Positions 30,801-41,600 of a stretch of DNA of 64,000 bases are shown here, in pieces. The position numbers and the translations under genes are program-made. The DNA is from Macrostomum lignano (Eukaryota): positions 186,001 to 250,000 of the forward strand of contig NIVC01000550.1 in assembly GCA_002269645.1 (NCBI GenBank), read 5' to 3'. A model generated the notes under the pieces. The model saw only the letters and a list, made by a program, of their open reading frames with translations. It searched no databases and was not told the DNA's origin. Every line of letters begins with the position of its first letter. Within the stretch, counting starts at the first letter, position 1.

Positions 30801-32107
30801 AAGTTTGGGTAAGTTTGTGAAATCTATGAAGTTTCTGGTTAGCTTGTGAAGTTTCTGGTTAGTTTGCGAAGTTTCTGATTAGTTTGTAAAGTTTCTGATT
30901 AGTTTGTGAAGTTTCTGGTTAGCTTGTGAAATTTCTGGTTAGTTTGTGAAGCTTCTTGTTAGTTTGTGAAATTTCTGATTAGTTTTTGAATTTTCCGATT
31001 AGTTTGTGAAGTTTCTGATTCGTTTGTGAAGTTTCTGATTCGTTTGTGCAGTTTCTGATTCGTTTGTGCAGTTTCTGATTAGTTTTTGAAGTTTCCGATT
31101 AGTTTGTGAAGTTTCTGATTCGTTTGTGAAGTTTCTGATTCGTTTGTGAAGTTTCTGATTCGTTTGTGCAGTTTCTGATTAGTTTTTGAAGTTTCCGATT
31201 AGTTTGTGAAGTTTCTGATTCGTTTGTGAAGTTTCTGATTCGTTTGTGCAGTTTCTGATTAGTTTTTGAAGGTTCTGATTCGTTTGTGAAGTTTCTGGTT
31301 AGCTTGTGAAGTTTCTGGTTAGCTTGTGAAGTTTCTGATTAGCTTGTGAAGTTTCTGGTTAGCTTGTGAAGTTTCTGGTTAGTTTGTGAAGTTTCTGGTT
31401 AGTTTGTGAAGTTTCTGGTTAGCTTGTGAAGTTTCTGGTTAGCTTGTGAAGTTTCTGGTTAGCTTGTGAAGTTTCTGGTTAGTTTGTGAAGCTTCTGGTT
31501 AGTTTGTGAACATTTAAAGTTTCTGATTCATTCTTGACAGAAGCTTTTAAACTTAACATCCGTTGTCTTGAGATGCGCTCTGGTTTGTGAGTGTTGTGAG
31601 CTGTTAAAGCTTCCGGTTTGTGAAAGCGCCCCGCTCACCAACAACGGTCATCCAAGGCCACAGCTGTTTCGCATCGGCTCCATGAGTGGCGGCATGAGCG
31701 CGGAGCGATCTCATCGCTGACTCGGCGGCAGCGGCGGCTGCGGCGGCAGAGTCTGACTCATGCGGGTGATGATGCAGCACTGGCTGCTCCCCTGAGACAG
31801 CGGCTGCGGCGGCTGCGGCTGCGGCGGCGGCTGCTGCGGCAGCTGGCATCCAAAGTCCACCAGCTGCAGGATGCATCGAAGTCTCAACTGCAGACTGCTG
31901 TTGCTGCTGCTGCTGCGGCTGGTGCTTGTAGAACTGATGCTGCTGCTGCTGAGTATGTTGATGGAGAGGATTCTGGTGATGCTGAATGAAAACTGTCGAA
32001 TCCAATAAGTTTTGATGCTGCTGTTGCTGATGTTGATAACTGCTCACTGACACTGTTGAGTTATGCTGCTGGTGAGCATTCTGACTGAATGCGAAACAGT
32101 AATTCAT
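24823..32107 (-). CDS. Lox4: Ubx/abd-A-group central Hox protein (Lox4/Lox2-like); exons 32107-31639 and 25154-24823 (266 aa)
   Basis: N-terminal MNYCF (MxSYF-like), poly-Q/H/A tracts and hexapeptide LWPWM. Phase-1 intron (donor GTGAGC at 31638, acceptor TTGCAG ending 25155) gives the linker [19 protein letters not shown]. Antp-class homeodomain followed by a UbdA-type peptide [13 protein letters not shown]. Confidence 0.9.
25175..25960. repeat. 20-bp minisatellite TCAGGAGAGGAGTTGGGGTG abutting the Hox 3' splice site
   Basis: About 38 units. A related 20-bp array (TCTCAGGAGAGGCACTGCAA) follows at ~25985-26180. Confidence 0.95.
26765..27595. repeat. 33-bp/21-bp composite minisatellite CCCCACCGATCCTTCAGGGGT(GGCAGTGACTAT)
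   Basis: About nine pure 33-mers, then mixed 33/21-bp higher-order units. Confidence 0.93.
28045..28645. repeat. Degenerate GGCGCCC/GGCACCC + A-tract minisatellite
   Basis: Units such as AAACGGCGCCCACAAC and ACACGGCACCCCACAAAAA. Confidence 0.88.
29340..29865. repeat. 24-bp minisatellite GTAGGCGGAAACTTCAA(AGAGATT/GTACATT) with a 48-bp dimer structure
   Basis: Direct reading. Confidence 0.9.
30505..31510. repeat. 20-bp minisatellite GTTTCTGGTTAGTTTGTGAA
   Basis: About 50 units with blocks of variants. Confidence 0.93.
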
Positions 32108-32728
32108 TTCGGATCCTGTCTTGTCTTTCAATTTCTGTTTTTGCCGGTATCAAGCTGCATGGCATCCAATTTTCATACACAGTTATTAATCCTATTTTTC
32201 GGCTCCTTTCACCCTTCTCGCGGATTCACCTGGCATGAGGCAGGGCGGGCGAGTTGGCGGCCCCCTCTCTCTCTCTCTCTGTTCCCCGCCATCGACCGCG
32301 ACCGCTGGTTGGCTGGCGAGTCCGCGGGATGGGATGGGGAGTGGAGGGGGAGCGGTGTGTTTGGGCGTGCTGGTTGCTGGGGCTTTTCTGGAGAAATAAT
32401 CCTCATAAATACCAAAGCTAATGAAATGACCCCTTTGAACAGGATAGAATAGCACACAAAAAGGCAGGGTAAAACGACTCCCAAACAGACAGGGTCAAAG
32501 GGCTAGCTCAATCCAACCGAAAAGCAATTATCACATAGCTACTCGAAGAGCTAATCAAATACGCTTATAGTCGCAAAATGTTAATAATTGAAGAAAACAG
32601 GTGCAAGATTAATGTCTTCATATTTATGTTTTGTGTACAAACTCCCAGATGATAAAATCATATCCAGACATATTAATTATATTGATCGTCTTATGGCAGC
32701 ATGGGGACGCCTTGTTGGTTGCCAGCAC

Positions 32729-32805
32729 AGGGGCTTTAGCACCAGGGGCTTTAGCACCAGGGGCTTTAGCACCAGGGGCTTTAGCACCAGGGGCTTTAGC
32801 ACCAG
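32729..32805. repeat. 15-bp repeat CAGGGGCTTTAGCAC x5
   Basis: Direct reading. Confidence 0.9.
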
Positions 32806-33374
32806 GCGCGCCAGCAGAATTCCACACAGACTCTCCTGAGATCACAAAGTTCCTGTTTCTCTTCTCAACTCAATTCAGCTCACTCGCACCAGTAAGCACA
32901 ACCGGCTATCAACAGCCATATATAAAATAAAAGTAACAGTCGTATAAACTTCGTTTCTAATAATTTATGTTTTTATATTACCGCGGATATCCGTGCCTAT
33001 TCTAGCATGTATAATTAGCTCTCTGATATAGGCAGAGGGTCATTAATAAATCTAGAGTAGAATCTCTCGAAACAGGGGGTGGGTGACCATCGCAGATGGC
33101 GCTCCCATAAGTTTGGGCTTCCCAAATCAATTCTTATAGAATTTTTTTGAGTTGGAAAGACATTTAAAACACAATTGACTGCAGGTGCCCAGCTGCACTT
33201 TTACAGTTCAGCTGTCTTCTGACTGCGCTTGCCTGGGCACTGAATGATATTATGGTCAATTTATTACCCGCTAAGGGGGGGCGGAATGGGCAATTGCCTC
33301 AGCTCTAGTTGTGGGACCATGTCGCTAAAGGCGTTGCGCCCCAGGTTCCCATCCACTTCATTATTAACACGACC

Positions 33375-34630
33375 TCTAATCCCACACCCGATGCTTCAGT
33401 GGGAGCTGCTGACCCACACCCGATGCTTCAGTGGGAGCTGCTGATCCCACACCCGATGCTTCAGTGGGAAGTGCTAATCCCACACTCGATGCTTCAGTGG
33501 GAACTGCTGATCCAACACCCGATCCTTCAGTGGGAGCTGCTAATCCCACACCCGATGCTTCAGTGGGAAGTGCTAATCCCACACTCGATGCTTCAGTGGG
33601 AGCTGCTGATCCCACACCCGATCCTTCAGCGGGAGCTGCTGATCCCACACCCGATGCTTCAGTCGGAGCTGCTGATCCCACAACCGATGCTTCAGTGGGA
33701 ACTGCTGATCCCACACCCGATGCTTCAGTGGGAGCTGCTGATCCCACACCCGATGCTTCAGTGGGAGCTGCTAATCCCACACTCGATGCTTCAGTGGGAG
33801 CTGCTGATCCCACACCCGATCCTTCAGTGGGAGCTGCTGATCCCACACTCGATCCTTCAGTCGGAGCTGCTAATCCCACACCCGATGCTTCAGTGGGAGC
33901 TGCTGATCCCACACCCGATCCTTCAGCGGGAGCTGCTGATCCCACACCCGATGCTTCAGTGGGAGCTGCTGATCTCACACCCGATGCTTCAGTGGGAGCT
34001 GCTGATCCCACACCCGATGCTTCAGTGGGAGCTGCTGATCCCACACCCGATGCTTCAGTGGGAGCTGCTGATCCCACACCCAATGCTTCAGAGGGAGCTG
34101 CTGATCCCACACCCGATGCTTCAGTGGGAACTGCTGATCCCACACCCAATGCTTCAGAGGGAGCTGCTGATCCCACACCCGATGCTTCAGTGGGAGCTGC
34201 TGATCCCACACCCGATGCTTCAACGGGAGCTGCTGATCCCACACCCGATGCTTCAGAGGGAGCTGCTGATCCCACACCCAATGCTTCAGAGGGAGCTGCT
34301 GATCCCACACCCGATGCTTTAGTGGGAGCTGCTGATCCCACACCCGATGCTTCAGCGGGAGCTGCTGATCCCACACCCGATGCTTCAGTGGGAGCTGCTG
34401 ATCCCACACCCGATGCTTCAGCGGGAGCTGCTGATCCCACACCCGATGTTTTCAGTCGGAGCTGCTGATCCCACACCCGATGCTTCAGTGGGAGCTGCTG
34501 ATCCCACACCCGATGCTTCAGTGGGAGCTGCTGATCCCACACCCGATGCTTCAGAGGGAGCTGCTGATCCCACACCCGATGTTTTCAGTCGGAGCTGCTG
34601 ATCCCACACCCGATGCTTCAGTGGGAGCAG
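33375..34630. repeat. 33-bp minisatellite GGGAGCTGCTGATCCCACACCCGATGCTTCAGT
   Basis: About 38 units. Long ORFs in several frames on both strands are repeat translations. Confidence 0.95.
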
Positions 34631-35294
34631 TTATCCAGTGAAATCATCTCGTCTTCAAATTCAAAGTGAAAAGTTTAAAACCTGCTTTTTAGTGAGTTAT
34701 ATAAAGGCCCAGTAAATTAACTGAAAATCGCAAGTGAAGTGTAAAAACCAAGCTTAATTATCACGCGTTAGCTCGCGTATATAGAAGCCCCCAAGCACTG
34801 ACGTGTATACGACCTGCTTTCAGCTTTCAAGAACTCATGGAGTCAAACTACGGAACAAGATCGTAAATCAGACTTGCTCAAGAAGAGCAGGCCTCTCGAC
34901 TCGATCTTCCCCAATCCCGCTATCCACACTGGCGAGTGTGTATATCTTCCCGAACTCAAATAAGGCCTTACACTTCATCCTACGAATGCCATTTACGAGT
35001 ATATATCATCCGGCAGCATGGCGAGCCATGCAGTGAAGCGGGCGAGCCTCCGCAGGGAAATTTCGAAAACTGTGCCACTGGATCTATACACGGTGCAGCA
35101 TCGGGGTTGAGATAATATTTATGACCTTTAGCTGTATAGCAACAGATGGACTCGCCCGTTTGGAAGGATATTTTAATTAACTCGGAAAGAATATTGGTGC
35201 CATAATTTTACGCATGAGTATGAGATTGTGATAGCGACTACGGAGCTTTGCTTTTACGCTTGTATTTTACAGATCCGGTATTACAAAATGGGGC

Positions 35295-35780
35295 CATAGA
35301 AGAGGAACAGCGGAGGCCATAGAAGAGGAACAGCGGAGGCCATAGAAGAGGAACAGCGGAGGCCATAGAAGAACAGCGGAGGCCATAGAAGAGGAACAGC
35401 GGAGGCCATAGAAGAACAGCGGAGGCCATAGAAGAGGAACAGCGGAGGCCATAGAAGAGGAACAGCGGAGGCCATAGAAGAACAGCGGAGGCCATAGAAG
35501 AGGAACAGCGGAGGCCATAGAAGAACAGCGGAGGCCATAGAAGAGGAACAGCGGAGGCCATAGAAGACGAACAGCGGAGGCCATAGAAGAGGAACAGCGG
35601 CACCATAGAAGAGGAACAGCGGGACATAGAAGAGGAACAGCGGTCCATAGAAGAAGAAGAGGAACAGCGGTCCATAGAAGAAGAAGAGGAACAGCGGTCC
35701 ATAGAAGAGGAACAGCGGTCCATGGAAGAGGAACAGCGGGCCATAGAAGAGGAACAGCGGGCAATAGAAGAGGAACAACG
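35295..35780. repeat. 23/20-bp minisatellite GCCATAGAAGAGGAACAGCGGAG
   Basis: Direct reading. Confidence 0.9.
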
Positions 35781-36405
35781 GGCCAAAGCATCTTATCAAG
35801 GCAAGGCTGCAAAGGCAGTCTCTCTGAGACTAGCTTATGACATATATCTACTATTACAACTGTACCAGAGGCGGTGCCCGATGGAAGCAGAAAAAAGACA
35901 ACAAAGAAAAGTCAGGAGGATCAGAAAAAACTCGGAGCAATAATATATTGCAACAGCAGTCAAAGGAAACCGATTTTATACTCGTAGTTTAGTTAGCAAC
36001 TGGTTTCTGCCGCCAAAGAGGGAAACTCAATGACCCGGCGGCGGCTTATTCTTTCTTGCCGACTTCTAGAAGAAGAAACAGACACTTGGACCGCGGGGAC
36101 AGGTTTCTCTCGCTATAATACCACTCGTTGCAAATTGTTTGCTTACCCAATTTTCCCATTCAGCGACGCCGGGACATGCGGCAAGCCGAAAAAGCATTTA
36201 CAATCCTTATACGAAAAGAAACTATTTTTACAATGCAAGCCAAGTTTAGCCCAGTATCCAACGGAAACTCCGCGAGCCAAAAAGACAAAATTTGGCATGA
36301 CCAGCGGCGCTACACCCAACTGTTTTAGAATCGATTTAGAAATTTACAATCAGCAGTAGCAGCGACTGAGCGTCGCGCGCAATGATGCGAGAAAAAATCG
36401 ACATG

Positions 36406-36447
36406 CTTGCCTGACGAAGAGGCCAGAGACTCGAAACCGGTAGCCAA
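36406..36447 (+). ncRNA. Minimal type-I hammerhead ribozyme of the Penelope-like/retrozyme type
   Basis: Core CTGACGA 36411-36417, one extra A, stem II GAG/CTC with an 8-nt loop, GAAA 36433-36436, palindromic helix III ACCGGT, cleavage triplet GUA (A36442). Stem I TTGC/GCCAA pairs with one bulge. AT-rich sequence follows. Confidence 0.7.
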
Positions 36448-36478
36448 TATTAAAATTTTTTTAAACACGCCGTGACCT

Positions 36479-36481
<3 letters not shown>

Positions 36482-36540
<59 letters not shown>

Positions 36541-36985
36541 ATCTCTTGTCACCTCATCGTGTCTCTGATCTTTCGCCTCTCTCCTCTCTTATCTCCGCTA
36601 CCCCTGCTCTCACCTCTCCTCTCTTATCTCCACTTCCCCTCCTCTCACCTCTCCTCTCTTATCTCCACTTCCCTTGCTCTCACCTCTCCTCTCTTATCTC
36701 CACTTCCCCTGCTCTCACTTCTCCTCTCTTATCTCCACTTCCCTTGCTCTCACCTCTCCTCTCTTATCTCCGCTACCTCTCTCACCTCTCCTCTCTTATC
36801 TCCGCTACCACTCTCTCACCTCTCCTCTCTTATCTCCACTTCCCTTGCTCTTACCTCTCCTCTCTTATCTCCGCTTACCCTCCTCTCACCTCTCCTCTCT
36901 TATCTCCGCTTCCCTTGCTCTCAACCTCTCCTCTCTTATCTCCGCTTCCCCTGCTCTCACCTCTCCTCTCTTCTCCCGTCTCTGA
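36482..36985. repeat. (TC)n followed by a CT-rich degenerate minisatellite (CTCACCTCTCCTCTCTTATCTCC...)
   Basis: Direct reading. Confidence 0.9.
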
Positions 36986-38610
36986 TCTACAGTCAAGTTA
37001 AGCACGTAAAAACCGTCTTAAATTTCAATTAAAGCAATACAAAGTTTGCTTCTAAATGCCAAAAGAAATGAAGCAAGGCGAGCTTCTTTACAAGTAAGAC
37101 AATCAAGAAGTTTTGTTGCTTTTGTACGCCGAACAAAATGTGTTGCCGGGCCGCGCAAACTTTCAGTTTTAGGGGAGATGAGCTGGGTAAAAAAGGGGCT
37201 TTTTCTTGCGCGCGTATGCATCATTAACTACTAGTATATTTTGTTTACTCTCTCAGTTAGTAGTATATAGCGCATTCTACTAGATTCTCTCAGTATCATA
37301 GTAGAATATATCAAACTTTAGCTGTTGTTAGGAAACAGAAAAATTGGATTTTTTCCATGGAAACGATGGCAAACAGACTTGGATATAGTATAATTATTAT
37401 TAATATAAATCAGTAAATTAAATGAGAGGCTTCTGTAAAGACAGTTATTTTTTATAACAAGCGATTAAACCTGGATACGCGAGAACTCAGTCTACTTTAA
37501 GTAGACGAAAACGCATTTTTAATCCTTTTCCCCCGGGCGAGATCGATTTATATATGTATAGAAGTGGATTAAATATTGTAGCTGACAAACAATTATTATA
37601 AAAATGATAATTTCCGTTTTCCAACAGTAGACAATAAGCTTACTAGTTCTGTTCTCGCTGAACTAGTTGAGTTGTTTAGCATTGTGAACACATTTCGTTA
37701 ATAAAACTGAATAAATTACACATATTACTATTAGTAAAGTAGTACAACACAGTAATATGGACAGTATGTAATAATATAAAAATTGTATTAAGGTGCAAAA
37801 ATAGTTGTAATAAATAGAAAATTTTGGTTGATTTCTGCTTCAAACCTTGCAATCCTCTGGATAAACAAACAAACAAACAAACGGATAGACTCCCGTAGCA
37901 ACTAAATGAATAATGCTCATTAGTAATAATAATGCATATACACCAGGACAGTAATAATAAAACAAAAAAACAACGCAACACTAAACCACTGACATAAATC
38001 TTACAAGTACAGGCAAACTAAAGAGATAGAACATATACTTACATACATGTACATTCAGCACAATAATAGTAGTGCATATATGCAGTACGCCCTCTCAGAC
38101 TCGAAGCGAGATAAATGGCAGAGACGCACATTACTGAGACGAAGAAAAGTTTTACAAACAGAAAACTGAAACAAACTGAAGCAGACGCAAATGGGGACAA
38201 ATGAATAATAACCACTACTGCTTATTATCATTCATGTTAAGCATGCGAGCGAAGTCTGCGTGTGTGTGTGTGTTGTGTGTGCACAAACTACTTAAAGCAA
38301 TATATAGTAGATATTAACGGGCAAAAGCAAACAAAAAAGAAACTGAAAAAATGGAACTGGGTTTCACGGGAGAGTGGGGGCGGGCAGGAGGGTTCTCGCG
38401 TCTCGCCTTTGTTTTTTAAAGTTGCGTCGTCTAATAATAATAATAATAATTTTCAAAATAATTCGGACAATTAATTAGCTGAATTAGTTAATTAAGATAG
38501 ACTGCGCGTTCGTTTAGCGGCGTTTCCTCGGTTTTTATTTAATTTTCCTCAGATGTTGCATCGATTTGTCAATAGACTTTTGTTTAGAGATTTAATCGAT
38601 CAGTAGCCGA

Positions 38611-41600
38611 TCAATAATGATGACCGCCCCAGAAGGCCTGCTGGCCTTTTGGTTTCAGATTTTTCATCGGGTCGCCGCCGCTGTTAGAGCCCATGTGGCC
38701 GGGCGGCGGCGGCGGAGGCGGCGGCGGCAGCTGCTGGTGGGGCAGCAGAGATGGCGGCGGTACGGACATCATACCAGCCACTGGCGGCGGCTGCTGAGCC
38801 TGCTGACCAGCCTGCTGTTGCTGCTGCTGCTGCTGATGCGGTGGGCCATAGTAACCCATTGGTCCAGTCATACCGTGATGACTAGGCGCCTTGTGATGAT
38901 GGAACATCGGCCCACCGCCAGGCTGTTGCTGCTGTTGAACAACCGACTTTGGCGGCCCACCGCTGGCCTGCTGTTGCTGATGTTGCTGCTGCTGCTGCTG
39001 CTGCTGTTGTTGATGCTGCTGGTGCAGCTTAGCCTGATTATAATCATCTGGACCGACACCCTGCGATTGTTCGTAGCTATTGGCTGAACCGTAGCCAAAT
39101 GCGCCGGCCTTTGATGTCACCTGTACATAGGTAGATTAATTGGAAGCGATTTATGAATACATGTAATTAGTAAAATAAATTATGCAGCAGCTATCTTATT
39201 AACTACAGTATGAAAGATTAAAGGTAAATTTGTTAATTAAAGATAGTGAATCATTTTTCATTTATGCAAGTGGATTTGTTTAATGGCGATACGGGTAGCG
39301 ATAGCGACTTTTCGATGTTTCTCAGTATGATTTCCAATAAATAAGCATAAATCGATATGCCCAATTATAAAATAATTTATTGTTCGACAAACAGATTTGC
39401 TATGTAACTTTATATTAAGTAGTGTGTAGTTTTTAGTCAAACTAAGATAACGCATAATGCAAATACGCTAAGGACACGATTTGCGGCATAATAGTGAGAC
39501 CGATTGATAATTGCATAATAGAACTCTAACCCTACCCAGCCGCAGATAACAGTTAGGGGAGGGGGGGGTTGTTTGGCTGACCACGAATTAAATCGATAGC
39601 CTGTCCCTCACTCGCTCAGCCCCATCACGCACAGGCGCAGATAACAGAGGATAGGAAGTTAAGGCGGTGAGGGTTGGTTGGCTGACCACGAATTAAATCG
39701 ATAGCTCCCTCACTCCCCCAGCCAAGTACGCACAGGCGCAGATAACAGAGGATAGGAAGTTAAGGGGGTGAGGGTTGGTTGGCTGACCACGAATTAAATC
39801 GATAGCTCCCTCACTCCCCCAGCCAAGTACGCACAGGCGCAGATAACAGAGGATAGGAAGTTAAGGGGGTGAGGGTTGGTTGGCTGACCACGAATTAAAT
39901 CGATAGCTCCCTCACTCCCCCAGCCAAGTACGCACAGGCGCAGATAACAGAGGATAGGAAGTTAAGGGGGTGAGGGTTGGTTGGCTGACCACGAATTAAA
40001 TCGATAGCTCCCTCACTCCCCCAGCCAAGTACGCACAGGCGCAGATAACAGAGGATAGGAAGTTAAGGGGGTGAGGGTTGGTTGGCTGATCACGAATTAA
40101 ATCGATAGCTCTCCTCAATCGATGGGTTGGTTACATAATGCACGCTGGTACAGGCAGCACAGAAATAGGCGACTAGACAGTGGGTAAGCTGCTGGGACAG
40201 GATAAATTTATTTAAAAAAATACCATCTTTACTTAAATTACTAAGCAACACAGTGTTGTTGCGAGGTCAAGATCAATTTTGGACGATACAAAACATAAAA
40301 AATCAATAATATGTAATACAACTGCCACTAATTTTAAAGGCAATAAAAATCAGTTAGATATTAAAGATATACAGACACCAAACTAAAACTAGCGCTAAGT
40401 TGCAATTAGCAAAATCAACACAAGTATTGAGATAGGATGGCAAACGAGATCTACAGTCAGCAATATATTTAAGTTTCCAACCCTAAACCACAGATACTAG
40501 AACAACTAGATGGGCCACTCAGCACATTTGCGTGTAAGCTACTTTCAGTTCAGTAGTAAGTTGAAGAGAAGCATTTAATTTATTTTAAAGCCAAAGCTCA
40601 TTCATTTATTGGCGCATACCCTCCAGTCTAAACCCACCGCCCCGCCCCAATTATTGCCTTTCTCGGAATTCGAGCCTAAAGCTGCCATGTACATTTCAGT
40701 GGACTGGCTATAATGTACATTATTGGCATTGCTGAACCAATTAGCAAGTTGTTTACGCCTGCAAGCTTGGCTTCTAAACTTAACTAAGTCATTTCAGCTG
40801 CTATTTTTTTTATAAAATAGCTTATGTATTCTTCTTTGCTACTGAACTGAAGGTAGAAAGGCGTTTTACTGAGTACGTATGCCTGAGTGGCCCATCTAGC
40901 TATTTTAGAATCTGTGCCCTAAACCAGTGGTCAACAACAAGCGGCAGCTTTAATCCAACTAGCCATAACTCTCCACCGCTCTCCTTACCAGCGTAAGCTA
41001 AAGTCTTGCCGACGCAAATTGCATCAACCACAGTTGGAAATATTTGACCACTGGTTTCGTGGTGGAAACTATCAACTAGCTGAGTGCATACCAAGGAGTT
41101 AAAGATTCTATACGAGAGTTACTACGTGCAATCCGACTGTGTTGCTTGCCCATGCCCGTGGCTCGTAAATTGGAAACAGCTTCATGAAACTTCTCACAAG
41201 AACTAAGAGTACAAGTACAATGGCATACGGACAGACACAGCGCTCCCAAGTTATCATAAAAGCAGTACATTAAAACTGAATGCGATTTAATAAGAAAGAT
41301 AATTACCATCTGAACCTTGAAGAGATTGTTAATGGGAGGAGTTACAGGACGGCAAATTAGTAAATATTAATATAAAATTAAGACCACAGAATTATCTGCA
41401 CGAGTAACTACTTTTTACAACGAATAAGCTCAGGTTTATTAAAATAGTTTAAATGAAATTAGCGCTTGCGTGCAATGGCCACAAAACCATAATAATAATA
41501 ATAATGTAATACTAATAAATGCATACTAACATAATAGGACAAAAAATAGCAGTAGGCAATAAAAATGTTTTTTTTCAAGTTTGGCGATTGATATTTACAA

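Noticed and set aside
33309-34609. Mucin- or antifreeze-like ORFs (GAADPTPDASV etc.)
   Set aside because: The 33-bp unit is open in several frames on both strands, frames switch at indels, and there is no signal peptide or splice support. Treated as satellite.
40900-41094. Candidate extra UBAP2 exon (LVDSFHH...TLAYA)
   Set aside because: It ends in phase 1 while the next exon needs phase 0, and the sequence is unlike the rest of the protein.
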